A stretch of DNA of 64,000 bases, taken from assembly GCA_964276515.1 (NCBI GenBank), contig OZ193909.1:18724001-18788000 (forward strand). Direction: 5' to 3'. This DNA comes from Gordius albopunctatus (taxonomy: Eukaryota). Below are positions 1-12,600 of this stretch, piece by piece. The first letter of the stretch is position 1. Every line of letters starts with the position of its first letter. The position numbers and the translations under genes were made by a program. Under the pieces are notes generated by a model that saw only the letters and a program-made list of their open reading frames with translations, was not told the DNA's origin and did not search any database.

Positions 1-3000
1 GACAATTACCACAATTCGCAATAAATTTACTAATTTCTACGTCCAAACCTGGCCAGTAAACATAATATCTACTAATAGATTTCATTGCGTGAATCCCAGG
101 GTGTCCTCTATGCAAAATATTTAATAACGATTTACGTAGTGTCTTTGGTATGACTATTCGGCCGTTCCATTGTATGATACCCTTATCCGAACATAATTCA
201 CTTTTCCTATTGAAATACGTTAATACATCTTCGCCGACGGCATTTTTGTTTACATTCCAACTTTGATCTATATATATTAAGACTTTCTTGAGCGTGCTAT
301 CACCAAGAGTTTCCTTCGCGATTGTTTTTTCCGACACCTGTAAGTCTTCTAGCGTAATTGACTTTAGGCAGGTAAAATTTCTTTCATCTTCCGATAGCCC
401 CTCGTTAATTTCCGATAAGGGTAGTCGCGACAAGGCATCTGCAACGCAATTTTCTTTCCCAGGTCGATATTCTAAACTATAATCATAGGCAGACAACTTC
501 CACGACCACCTTATTAATCGATTGTTGCCAATTTTGGAGATATCCTGATATCCGCCAAATAGCCGCTCCAAAGGTTTGTGGTCTGTACGCAAGGTAAACT
601 TCCTTCCAAATATATAGGCGTGGAATTTTTCACAGCCAAACAACAATGCCCTCGCTTCTTTGTCAATCGAGGCATAGTTTTTTTCTGATTTTGAAAGAGT
701 CCTTGACGCGTAAGCAATCGGTTTTTCCAACCCGTTGGACAGTTGGTGCATTAAAACGGCTCCGAATCCATCATTTGAAGCGTCGCAATCAAGGATTACA
801 GGTAAATCCATTGAATAGGGAATAACAGTGTCTTTATGAGTTAAGATTGTCTTAACTTTTTTATAGACAGCGTCTTCTATTGGTGTCCAAGTCCACTTAC
901 ACTTTGAACTTGTCAATCGATGTAGCGGAGCGCATATACTATGAAGATGGGGAATAAACTTCTCATAGTAATTTATCAGGCCCAAAAAGGCCCTTAACTG
1001 CTGTACGTTTTGCGGAATCGGTGCCTCTCGTATTGCTCGAATTTTCTCCGGCATTGGGTGTATACCAAATTTGTCTATACGAAATCCCAAAAAAGTCACA
1101 GACTCTTCTAAGAATTTAACTTTCGCCAACTTTGCTTTTAATCCGGCATTATTCAGTTTCGATAATACCACTGTTAAATTGCGGAAATGCTCCTCATCGT
1201 TCTCACCCGTCACTATCACATCATCTAGGTACACTCCCGTCTTTTTGCAATCCTTCAGCAAGTCGTCCATATATCTCTGGAATAGTATTGGTGCTGAGGC
1301 GAGTCCAAACGGCAACCGTTTGTAGCGATAATAGCCCACATGTGTATTGATGATTAGAAAATTTTGGGATTGCTCATCCACCCTCATTTTTAGATATGCA
1401 TCCTTTAGGTCGATCGTCGTAAACTTTTTTCCCCCGGATATTTTTGCCACAATATCATCAAATGTGGGTAAGATGTGGTAGTCTTTAAGAAGAAAAGGGT
1501 TCAATGTGACCCTAAAATCCCCACAAATACGAATATCCCCATTATTTTTCCTAACGTATACCGTTGGTGTCGCCCATTCAACCCGACATTTAGAAGGTTC
1601 GACCTTTTCGATTATATCCGCCGCCAAGAGTCTATCTAATTCCTTTTCTATCGGTCCCCGTAATGGAAAGGGCACCCGACGGGCCGGCAGAACCTTCCCA
1701 CTAGCTGAAGATTCAACGTTTATACGAACTGAACAACCATTTATGACTCCCGGTCGATCATCAAAAATTCCGGCAAATTTCTTTATTAGATTATCAATTT
1801 TGGTACTCGAGTTTTGATTTAAAGTAGTTACTGATTGTTGAACCTTAGAAATTTTGACACATTTCGGAATGTACAGTCCAAAATTTAATATCCAAGGCAA
1901 GCCAAATAAGGGTGTATCAGATGTTTTTGTCACGACGACAGGTAGTAATTTGCTCTTATTGCCTAGCCCCACTTTAACGCTTGTTTCGCCGATTACATCC
2001 AATTTTTGATGGCCATACCCCGTAAAATTATGCGTTGGCCTTAATTTAGGTTTTCCTATGTGATTCCAAATTTCCTCATTTATTACCGACACCTGAGCGC
2101 CGGTGTCATATTCAAAACGGAATGGCACATCATTTAACGTGGCAGCAATCGTTGCTCTGTTACGGTAATTTTTTTTAATTGAATTGATAGAAGTAGTTTC
2201 GCCAACCTCTTCCTCACAATCATCAAAAACTTGGTTGACCCTCTTATTCTTGCATGCTCGCGAAAAGTGCCCCATCTTATTGCAATTATAACACTTTGCC
2301 GTAGCTGCCGCACAATGATTACGGGTGTGTGACCGACCACAACGAAAACATTTAGAGGCGGTACGGTTGGAATCGGTCTGGCCCTTACTAACACCTGCCC
2401 CATTACGGTTATCCCTTATTCGATTTATATTCAAGGAATTAACCTCGTTCTCTGCCGTCTCCCATGCTAAAGCCATATCCAAAATCTTATCAAAAGTTAA
2501 GCTTTTACCTGTTTCGTCAAGCATCCTAGGATATTTACTCCGAATTTCGACCTCCAACTTCGGGAATCGAATTCCTGCTACGAATTGGTCCCGAAGGCGC
2601 TCTTCAACATCATTATTAAACTGTGCCGCTTGTGCCGTTTCCTTCAATCGTTTCGTAAATCCTAACACCGACTCGCCTTCTGACCTCATAAGGCGAATAA
2701 ACTCTAATCGTGAAGCCATCGTACTAGATCTAGGTTTAAAAATGGTCTTACATGTTTCGATGATCTTCTCCCAATCCACGTTTTCAATTTTCCGGGGAAA
2801 TAAGTAATTTTTTACTTGGATCACATTCTGGATTCCAAAATACGCGAGGAATAATTTTTTGTAGATCTGTTTCAATGCATCTCCCGTTGCGCATATTCCT
2901 TTGGCTATTAGAATATATTCCATATTTTCTAAGTATTCTTCTATTGGAATATTTGTGGAATAAGGTAGGAGTATAATTTTTGAAATATCCACTTCGTTCT

Positions 3001-3034
3001 TCATAGAATTTTCTGTCTTTATTGTAGATTTCAT
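1..3034 (-). CDS. Gypsy/Ty3 (Mag-clade-like) gag-pol polyprotein, single open frame running off the left edge of the window
   Basis: ATG at 3034 right after the PBS; hand-translated segments share one frame with the codons at position 2-19: gag (LRDQFVAGI), two CCHC knuckles (CFRCGRSH...C, CYNCNKMGHFSRAC), protease DTGA, RT YLDD, RNase H DCDASNDGFGAVL and ADALSRLP, integrase zinc finger (H..HPGI..M...WPGLD...CGNC). The ORF track shows no long minus-strand ORF with a stop here, consistent with an uninterrupted frame. Confidence 0.93.
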   Translation of the reverse strand, partial: MKSTIKTENSMKNEVDISKIILLPYSTNIPIEEYLENMEYILIAKGICATGDALKQIYKKLFLAYFGIQNVIQVKNYLFPRKIENVDWEKIIETCKTIFKPRSSTMASRLEFIRLMRSEGESVLGFTKRLKETAQAAQFNNDVEERLRDQFVAGIRFPKLEVEIRSKYPRMLDETGKSLTFDKILDMALAWETAENEVNSLNINRIRDNRNGAGVSKGQTDSNRTASKCFRCGRSHTRNHCAAATAKCYNCNKMGHFSRACKNKRVNQVFDDCEEEVGETTSINSIKKNYRNRATIAATLNDVPFRFEYDTGAQVSVINEEIWNHIGKPKLRPTHNFTGYGHQKLDVIGETSVKVGLGNKSKLLPVVVTKTSDTPLFGLPWILNFGLYIPKCVKISKVQQSVTTLNQNSSTKIDNLIKKFAGIFDDRPGVINGCSVRINVESSASGKVLPARRVPFPLRGPIEKELDRLLAADIIEKVEPSKCRVEWATPTVYVRKNNGDIRICGDFRVTLNPFLLKDYHILPTFDDIVAKISGGKKFTTIDLKDAYLKMRVDEQSQNFLIINTHVGYYRYKRLPFGLASAPILFQRYMDDLLKDCKKTGVYLDDVIVTGENDEEHFRNLTVVLSKLNNAGLKAKLAKVKFLEESVTFLGFRIDKFGIHPMPEKIRAIREAPIPQNVQQLRAFLGLINYYEKFIPHLHSICAPLHRLTSSKCKWTWTPIEDAVYKKVKTILTHKDTVIPYSMDLPVILDCDASNDGFGAVLMHQLSNGLEKPIAYASRTLSKSEKNYASIDKEARALLFGCEKFHAYIFGRKFTLRTDHKPLERLFGGYQDISKIGNNRLIRWSWKLSAYDYSLEYRPGKENCVADALSRLPLSEINEGLSEDERNFTCLKSITLEDLQVSEKTIAKETLGDSTLKKVLIYIDQSWNVNKNAVGEDVLTYFNRKSELCSDKGIIQWNGRIVIPKTLRKSLLNILHRGHPGIHAMKSISRYYVYWPGLDVEISKFIANCGNC

Positions 3035-3339
3035 CCTCGTCGCCAGATATAGCGATATGATAGTTTATTGGAATTTGAAAATGCGCGATTCGATGACAGG
3101 AAATTTCATAACCACAAAATTACATTTCGTTACAAAAACACACTTGGTACATCATACATTTTTGTTACATAACACAATCGTTACAAAGCTATTATTATAT
3201 GTAGACATGTAACTGTATATGGAATCACCTACTTTGACAATGTTTTAGTGTATTTATAATCATTAGCAACTTAAAAAATACTTGTAAATATTTAAATATT
3301 TATTAAAATTAGACGGATATTAAATGTAGACACGCTATA
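1..3339 (-). mobile_element. Mag-like Gypsy LTR retrotransposon, 5' part; putative 5' LTR 3048-3339 and PBS TGGCGACGAG at 3045-3036
   Basis: PBS lies 2 nt after the inferred LTR end; AATAAA on the minus strand at 3064-3069; LTR bounded by the inverted repeat TATAGCG...CGCTATA. The 3' LTR is outside the window, so the LTR limits are inferred. Confidence 0.8.
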
Positions 3340-3635
3340 TTATATGCAATTGTTTATAAAATAATAGCTTATTCATTTTATGCGTTTAATTATTAATATT
3401 TTTTATACTAGCTTTTTGTATTAATTAAATATTTAAAATTTAAATATTAGTTTTATTGTCTAGTCTGGAAACCAAATATTCCTAATTAGATTGTATGCAC
3501 TATACGTCGAAATTGCCAAATGTTCCTATTGGTTTATTGGCTTTTTTTCTGATCAGCTTTTTTTTTTGAAGAGCTTAATTTTTGAACAGAAACGAACAGA
3601 ACATATGTTTCAGGCATTCATACTAAGCAATAAGC

Positions 3636-6600
3636 ATGGAAATCAATGAAAATGGAAAATTTTATCACATATATAGCTGTGATTTAGATATATGTGTGCA
3701 ATTAAAGATAGGAACACTGGAGGGAAATTTGGCAAAGAATTTTTTTATTAACAAATTTAATAATTTAATAACTGACCCTGACTATGTATATGATGAAAAT
3801 ACATCTGAGCTTTTTCTTAGTGCACAAATATATTCCAATGGTATTTATAAACTTTGAAATCCCTTTAGTTATTAGGTTCACCCATATCCCTTGCTGCTAA
3901 TTCAAATTATAAAACATACAATAATAGATGGTGTTGGAATGAAATATTAATTTTGCCATTATATTATAGCCATTTGCCAGAAGATGCTGAAGTATTTAAT
4001 CCATTATTTTAAAATAAATTAAATAGTTACATTTAAAAATATGGGATTGTAATGGACCCTTTAGTGATATATTATTGTGCCAAACTTCTATTAATGTATT
4101 TGGTAATTATAAAATTTTCAATTTTTTATACTTTTACAGAAAAAAGTGGTCTACTGCAACAGGGTATACATGATTTAAAATTAAATAGCAGTGATAATCT
4201 CAATGATTTTTTTGTTCCACAAAGCCTACAAGCTAATCAACTTGCTGAGATTAAGAGAAAATACAGGTAAACTTATTGAAATTGCCTCAGAATTGTTTTA
4301 TCTAATTTGAATCAAATTTATAATTTTAGAGACAAAGACTTTCCAAAAGTTGAATGGTTGGATAGATTGACTTTTAGAGAAATTGAAATTTTGAATGAAA
4401 AAGATAAACGATTAAGCGATGAGTTGTACCTAGTTGTTGAATTCCCACCATTTACTTGTGATGGAAAACAGGTTTCTGTTGTTTACTATGACAAAGGACC
4501 AGATATAGCCTACCAAATAAAGAACCCAAATATAGTTTTGATACCTGATCCACAAATAGGTAAATAAATTATTGTATAAGGTCCTCATACAAAAATAACA
4601 TTAAAATAAACATAATTTAAATAATTTAAAGGTGGTTATTAAAATCATTTATAATTATATATTTGTATTTTATTATAATAAAAAATTATTTTTAACATTG
4701 GCAATCTATATCTCTTGTATACGCTAAGAGTTAAAATAAGTTTTTTCCATTCTTTTCCCTCCAACTATTTTTTGATCCAAATTTTGTTAATTTCAACCCG
4801 AACCTAATACCAACTTTCAAATTCTGTTGGGTCTCTCTCTACTAGTGTTGTAAAAAGTCCTAGGCTTTGTTTAGTAGTTTTTTGGTTCAACAAAGATTAA
4901 CGGTCCACTCCGGTCTGTTTTTCAAATTTTGACTAAGCCTCGTGGTCAACTAAGAAAAAGCAACCAGAAAGATTGTTTATATTTAGTCGACTAAAACCAA
5001 AGGTTGACCAAACGGGACCCCCCCCCCCCCCCAGCCATTTAATTACAACACTAGTCTCTACTACCTTTGACATTTATTTAACAAATCAGCATCATAGTAT
5101 GTTGGATTCATTTGTGTGTGTAGATAGATTGAATTTGTGCGAAGCCAAACATCACGCTTTAACCCGCGGTCCTCATAACCTATCATCGGACCACGACCTT
5201 AAACCGTCTACTGTTGTTAGGGATAAATTATTGCTCATAGTAAATTATCCGCCCTTTGCAGAACTTACTAGTCAAGAACAGGATTTAGTGTGGAAATACA
5301 GGTAATAAGTACTAATCTCCATGGGTGTAGCCAAGGTGGGGGGGGGCCTCTAAATCAAAAAATTGGTTGAAATTACAAAAAAAGATATGGCTAAAATTAC
5401 AAAAAAAGATATGGCTAAAATTACAAAAAAAGTTTATTTTGCCCTCCCTAAACCATTATTGCCCCCTCTAAGTCCAATGCTGGCTATGCCCATGCTCCCC
5501 TCTATGTTTCTCTATATAAAATTATAAAAAAATCCAACAAAAATGCACAGTTGTCCAAAGGGACGTGTCAGCAGTTGGTATTTATTTAGAAGGGGCAGAG
5601 GCAGAGATGTTTTTTATCGAAATTTATTCCTGATAGCTGATTGTCAAACTAGGTGGTCAGCTTCCTTAGATATTTTGTGTTAATTCTACTTAATTAAGAC
5701 AAACATATGTGAACTTACTAGGTACTATTTGAAAAATAACAACCGGGCCCTATCCAAATTCCTCAAGAGCATCAAATGGGATAATCCCCTGGAATCGGAA
5801 CAAGCCCTCCAACTCATGAATCTATGGTGAGCCTCATGCATGCATTTATTTATTAATAAAGAGGTGCTTGATAAAGTTTTTCGTTTTAGAAATCTTTGTA
5901 AATATATTTGGGACTTTAAAATAATCATAATTAATTACACTGGTAAATCAGAAAAAGTGGTGAATTTACCTTCCTCACCACACCAGTTAAATAATAAAAA
6001 TTTATTAAAATGCAGATGGCATTAAATTGCTTTAATACCACCACTTCATCCACTCTTTTTATTTCTACAAATTTTGTAAACGATAATTATTTTTGAATGT
6101 GAATGCTGTTTCTAATGTTTAACTAGTTCAGTTAATTCATAAAAATTACTGTAATCTATCTATATGTCCTTCCCCTATTTGTCCCCATTTTAAAATGGCG
6201 GAAAAATCGTAGACCCATTTGAAATTTGATGAGCAGTCTATGATCTAGTCCATGATCGGGACAGGCGTGAAATATTCACTCTTTCCCACCAAGTTCCACC
6301 TCTAAACGACGGATTCCCCATATTTATCCCGTAAAAGTTTATATGCGTTTTATGATTATTTCTTAAGAAGATTTAATTTTTAATTGTTTTAGGCAACCGA
6401 TGGACGTAGAAGATGCGTTGGAGCTGTTGACTCCCCGTTTTCCAATGAAGGCAGTTAGGCGGTATGCCATCTCTCGCCTGAGAAAATCCAAAGATGAGGT
6501 TTGTAATATAAATTTTTATTTATCCCATATATATATATATCCTCCTCCTTGGAATAAACAATATTCTTTAGTGGCTAGAAATTGTTACAACACGAATATT

Positions 6601-9600
6601 ATCATCATTATACTTAATTACACTTACTACAATATAGGAATTAGTTTAAATGAATTGGTATTGGAAAATAGAAAACAACTCTATCCCTGGCTGTATGCCT
6701 GCTCATTACTTTTATTATTTTAGCATGTATCATCATATGCAATGATTTGTGAATGAACCTATATTAGTTAAAAATAATTTGCTAATTTTTTTATCTCTCT
6801 CCCATTTTAAGACTAAGAAACCTTTTTACTAAGCATTACAAGAACACACGTTAAAAATAGGATGTATTAATGAGCCGCCCTAAAGCCAGGGTTCGAAATT
6901 GTATTTCATTTTACGATTTTCTCTAATGATTTTCGGCTTCTGGTAAATAATTTATTTGGGACCCCGTGTGATTGTGGTGATGAAATTGATATTTGTTGCA
7001 GAAGTAGGCTATTATTTTTTGCAAATTTTTTTATACTACAGGACCTTTTCCTCTACCTGCTACAACTTGTTCAAGCTTTGCGTTACGAAAATTTGGAAGA
7101 CATAAAACGGGGTCTTGCCATCAAATCAGCTGATTCTACCAATTCGGTACATATTCTCCCAGTTGACGAGAGAGAGGAGGAGGAGGAAGATCGGGATCTA
7201 GCAACCTTTTTGGTGGGACGCGCGGCCAAAAATAGTAGCTTGGCCAATTACTTTTACTGGTTCCTGCACGTCGAATGTGAGGAGCATCGTCGGGCCACTA
7301 AAGGATTGATCCAAAATATTCAAGATGGCCGCCAAAATCAACATGTGGCCCCCACCAAAGTGCGAGAGGAATTTCAGAAGATAAACCTGAACGATGAAGG
7401 CTCTTCCGATAGTCAGGGACTAGCCTCGAGAATTAATAACACGTAATCCCTTAGTAATTTATTTTTTGTAACATGCAGTTTTTATCATTTAAATAGAATA
7501 ACGCGAAATTGATTAGACAATAGCGGTGTTTAGGGCGTTAAAGGGAAAATTTAAGGGGTACTAAATTTGAAAATTGAATATTTTAACATAACCGATTTAT
7601 GGTTATTTAAAGTTTTACAATTACTTTTTAACCTGGCTGACGGAGGGATTTAGTTAAATATCGTTAAAATCACATTATAATTTACTTAAATTTCATAAAT
7701 TTTTTGAAGTTTATTATTATATTTTTTGGTCTAATGAAGATTTTTTCCAAATCGTTGCATTGTGTATGTATGATACACGCTAAAATATATTAGATCACTG
7801 AGCAGGAGCTAGAGTTGTTAAATTGCTAAGTTTCTTCAAACTCCAAACGCGAACACGCACACTGAGTTGCTTAATATGCGCGTTAGCACAATATGAGCTT
7901 GCTGTTTGGTGCAGTAGGCAGAACAGTAGCATATAAAAATGCTCGAAGGCCGAGCAGAAACTCGAGCAGATGGTGGCTGGAGTTGAAGAAAGTTAGCATT
8001 TTAACAACTCTAGCAGGAGCCATGGATCCAAATTGTATCGATTTTACTTTTATGGTAATTTTATGCTTAATATAGAAAAATTCTTTAGGATCGAGGCAAA
8101 TTTTTGATATTTGTTAAAGGAATTGGGTAGACCTAAATTACCGAGGGTCGTGGCCACTAATCGGACGTAAGATAAATTGTTGAGGTATTTGTATTTTTCC
8201 ACTTTCCTTCTCCATAAAAGAGATGAGGTTGGGGGGTGGGGCGCTGTTAGATTTGGCAAATATATCAACCGTAGCGAAGTCCCAACAAGTGTTAACACCG
8301 CGTGCCCATGTGATGATTTTTATGTCTCGGGTCTTTTACCGTCAGTAGAGCTTAGGCATGTGGGTTCCGGGTGAGTTAGGAAAGCCGGCTTTTTGCAAAA
8401 ATTTCCCGATAATTTTATTTATTATGCAATGACGGGGATGGCGTATTTTGCTGTATGGGCAACCTAAAGGATGATGACCGTTTGCTAGAACGGGTTGGCG
8501 ACAGTGGTCGCAGTTGAAGGAAGACACAATGTCGCAGCCGAGACGTAGGCTTACAGCAATGCGAAGTTCCTCGCCTGACAATTGTACCCTAGATTTTACT
8601 TGGTAAGGCCTCGAGCGATTTATAGCCCCTGGAGGACTTCCATTTGAGGTGGATTGCCATTGATAGGTTGTTTGAAGAGAGGTAATCTACGGAACGTGCT
8701 ATCAGTGATAAATCTCATTCCTTTTGGGTGGTTCCAGTTGGGTGAGTTGAGGAATCTAGTTTGAGGTCGTACCAGGCGTGAAGGGCGCTATCGAGGTGCG
8801 GATCTTGGGTGTGAGTAAGTTGTTTGATTAGCTCATCCGTTGATAAACGGGATTAAATAAAACCTGCTAGTGAAAGTAAATGGAGTGGGTCGGATGCATA
8901 TACCATCACCCTTGGAGCGAAGGGTGGCCTTGAGCCATTGGAGAGTGCTAAATTTCCAGCTAAGGCACCATTCGGTTAGCACTTAAATTTTTTTTCGATA
9001 GCGTGGGTGGAGTAAGTGAATGTTAAGAAAGACGGGCGAGGCGCGTAAAGCATAGTTTATTTTTGGTATTAATAGAAAGTTTTTTAGGAGAAAAAAAAGC
9101 ATGGTGGGGATCAAGACGCTCCGGGGTGTGGCTTATGGAGTCGATAAGGTTGGAGAAATTCTCTAAGAAAGTTTCGAAAGATGTGTTACCATAGGCTACA
9201 AGAAAAGGTTCCTAGAGAGGAGAGTTTATTGATGATGGTTTGGATAGCCATAAAGAAGAGAGCAGGGCCCAAGGAATCACCTTGTTGGATCTTTGGGATG
9301 ACTTGATTGTTCGGTCCCCAAAAAGTAAATAAGTGGGGTTGTCATGGCTAAATGGCAATAACTAATTGCAATTAAGGCGGCTCGGTTTAAACTGTTTAAA
9401 GCGTTTTGAAAATCGAGTTCGATCATTCTTGACGGTTTCTCTCCTCTCAAACCAACTTGGTTTTAGCGTGAAAGGAGGATGAGAGGCTGTCGAGCATATC
9501 TCAAGTCTTCCTCACCAATGACCTCCTGGTCAAACTCGATTTTAATAACATTCGAAACAGCTTAAAATGAGCTGCCTTTATTGAACTCCGTAGATCCATA

Positions 9601-12600
9601 AGTTTTTGTTAAATAGCTATGACAACCCCTTTTATTTAAAGTCATCATAAGGTATCCATTAGACCCTGTCCTCTTCTGTATGGCCATCGAAACCATCATC
9701 GACTAACTCTCCTCTCTACAAATTTTTTCCTATTACCTTTTGTACCTCGATGACGAATTCCTGGCCAGTCGATGCAGTTCGGAAAATCCCAGATATTATT
9801 AATGACTCAACATACCCAATATCACTTAGCTTCAACGCAGCGAAATGTGAGATCTTTACCAAACATTCTACAATCGACAAACTCTCCCTCCCATTTCCAG
9901 TTATCACAACAGACGATTTTTATTATATAGGCGCTCCTGTATGAGGTGTTAAATCTATTAAAACCACCATAGAAAATTTCTCCAACATTATCGAATCTAT
10001 AATAAGTCATAATACCCTTGTGCGTCTTGATCCCCACCACGCATTTTCCCCCTTAAAAAACTTCCACCGAAAATTAACTATGCCTTACGCGCCTCCACCG
10101 TCTCTCTTAACACAAACTCACTCCACGTCATCAAAAAAGAAATTGAAATCGAAACCTAAAAATTAGCCCTCTCCAAGCCACCCTTCCCCCCAAGAGTAAT
10201 GGTATGGGTAACAACCCCCCCCCCTAATTTCACTTCCAAGTAATATTTCATCCCGTTTATCAACGGATGAGCTAATTAAGCAACTTACTGGCATGCTAGA
10301 TCCGCCCCTCGACAGCGCCCTTCTGGCTTGGGCGACCCCAAACTCGATTTGTCAACTTACCCAACTGAGACCACCCAAAAGGAATGGGCATAACACTGAT
10401 AGCAGGTTCCGTAACTTATTTCTTTTCGAAAAACCTACCTAAGGAAATTTCCACTTCAATTGGGCGTCCTCAGGGGGTTTAAATGGCTCGACGAGTTAGA
10501 AACTAAAGTAGCATTTGTCAGGCGAAGAACATTGCATAGCTGTAGGCCTGGGCCTCGTTGGGACATTGTGTCTTCCTTCCACTGCGACTTATGTCGCCAA
10601 CCCGTTCTAGCAAAGGGTCATCATCCTTTGCATTGCAATACAACAAGGGATGACATCCCCGTCATTTCATAATAAATAAAATAATCGGCAGTTTTTTGAA
10701 AAAAACCGGCTTTCTTAACTCACTGGAACCCATAGGCTTAAGCTCTTAAAAGGCCGGACGCCGTAACAATCGTCCCGTAGGTTTGCGACCTAAACGCTTG
10801 TTGGACTTCACTATGGTGATTAGATTTTTCAACGCCAATGAAAGTTATGGCACTATTGATAAGGAGGCGGTATAAAAATTTCACACTTGCCTTTATGGAA
10901 GGAAATTTATCCTAAAATCTGATCATAAACCTTTAATTCGACTGTTTGGAGAAAATAAGGATCTCCCGAGAATAGTAATTAACCGATTGTTCAGTTATCG
11001 GCCTACTATTTTTCATTGGAGAACATTGAAGCTTACAGAATATATTCACAACAGTGATGATTTATCAACGCCTAGGATCAAAGACATTTTTTTGAGAGAT
11101 AAATTTAGTATATTGATATATATCCATAGACTAATAAACATAATATTAAATGGTACAATTATAAAATAATGATATTTAAAAAAACATTATATGAGTAATA
11201 TGTCTTCATGTTCCTCTTTTACAAGAGGCCAGGAATCAAAAAAAGATTTGAAATTGAATTTTGCAAGTAAGATAGCTATTGATTGTTCCAATAAAAATGC
11301 GGGGGAATGTGTGGATCGCCTGCCTATTTCTTTGAATAAAGCCAACGCCATTTTCCATAGGATCCTGAACAGGAGGAAAATATTGGGATAAAAATACAAG
11401 AGTCCAAAAGGGCCTTGTATTTTTGGAACTTGCGTTCTTCAGCGAGAGCTATATGGTCATAATTAAGATTAGAGGGGCCAAATAGGTCTATGCACGTAAA
11501 ATTCCACTTTAAAGGGAGACCATTTTCAGGGCAGGATCTGAAGGTTCAAGTATGGATAGAATTTGGGCCTTTCTAAGGGCTGATTGGATAATAGAATCGA
11601 TTTTAGAGTGTCGCAAGCGTCTAAATTTATTAAGTCTGCAGTGTAACGGGGTGGCCTGCTTCTTCATCCACTGGCAGGTTGCACTTTTGGTGTATTTTAT
11701 TTTAAGGCACAGTGCTATATTGTAGGATAGCTCGCAATACTCTAACATCATATTGGAGAACTTGCTAGGAAAAGCCTCTAGCCATCCATGTCCGAATTTA
11801 TCAAACACCAAAGATCTAAGGCTGTAATGTAGTTTGGTATCGCAGCTCAAAAAGAGATAAGCAACGGAGCGGCGAAACCAAACATGCATCCCAATCCTTT
11901 TGATTTGGTGTTTGTGGCGGTGAGTTTATGGTAGAACATTTAAATTACAAAGGGATAGGGCCTGTATAAATGTTTCATCGAGGGAGTATTACTCCTTACA
12001 GAATATATTCACAACAGTGATGATTTATCGACTCTTAGGATAAAAGACATTATCCTTAATGATATATTGTATTTTGTTGTTTTCGTTGTTCTTATAGATT
12101 AATAACTAATCTCAATAGTAAGCACAGCGAAATAAAAAAGCCTGAAATTCTGGAAGAGCGCTATTTTTCAATAGTTTTGCAGTTCCTAGTTGATGCTAGT
12201 TATGGATTTATAGGTGTTTATGTTGGTAGTAGAGGTAGTGAATCAGATGGTTATGTATTTTTTAACTCAAATTTATTTAAACAATTAAAAAAGGTGTATC
12301 ACCTATTCCTCCTCCCAAGACGTGGCTTTTAAAGGTTTGGGAACTGATTCTATTAGCCACTTCAATTATAGGCTTTCTAGAGCTAGAAGGCTTGTGTGTT
12401 CATTTAGTATACTTACCTTCAAATGGAGGATCTTAGAGTTAGATAGACAATTCCAAATGGATACCAAAACCCCGACAACGGATTTAATAGCAAAAACATG
12501 TTTGATATAACACAATACGATTAAAGATGGAGAAAATCCTTATGTTTCCTTGGATATTTAAAAGATCAATAGGAAAAAGGTCTTCAGGATTCTTTCATCA

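Noticed and set aside
288..2807. Plus-strand ORFs over the Gypsy element (and similar ORFs antisense to the RTE and CK1 exons)
   Set aside because: Antisense shadows of real coding frames with no recognisable motifs.
12015..12145. Intronic C/D snoRNA (GTGATGA...CTGA)
   Set aside because: The C-box-like motif is within the LINE target duplication, the CTGA lies in Harbinger transposase remnant, and there is no terminal stem.
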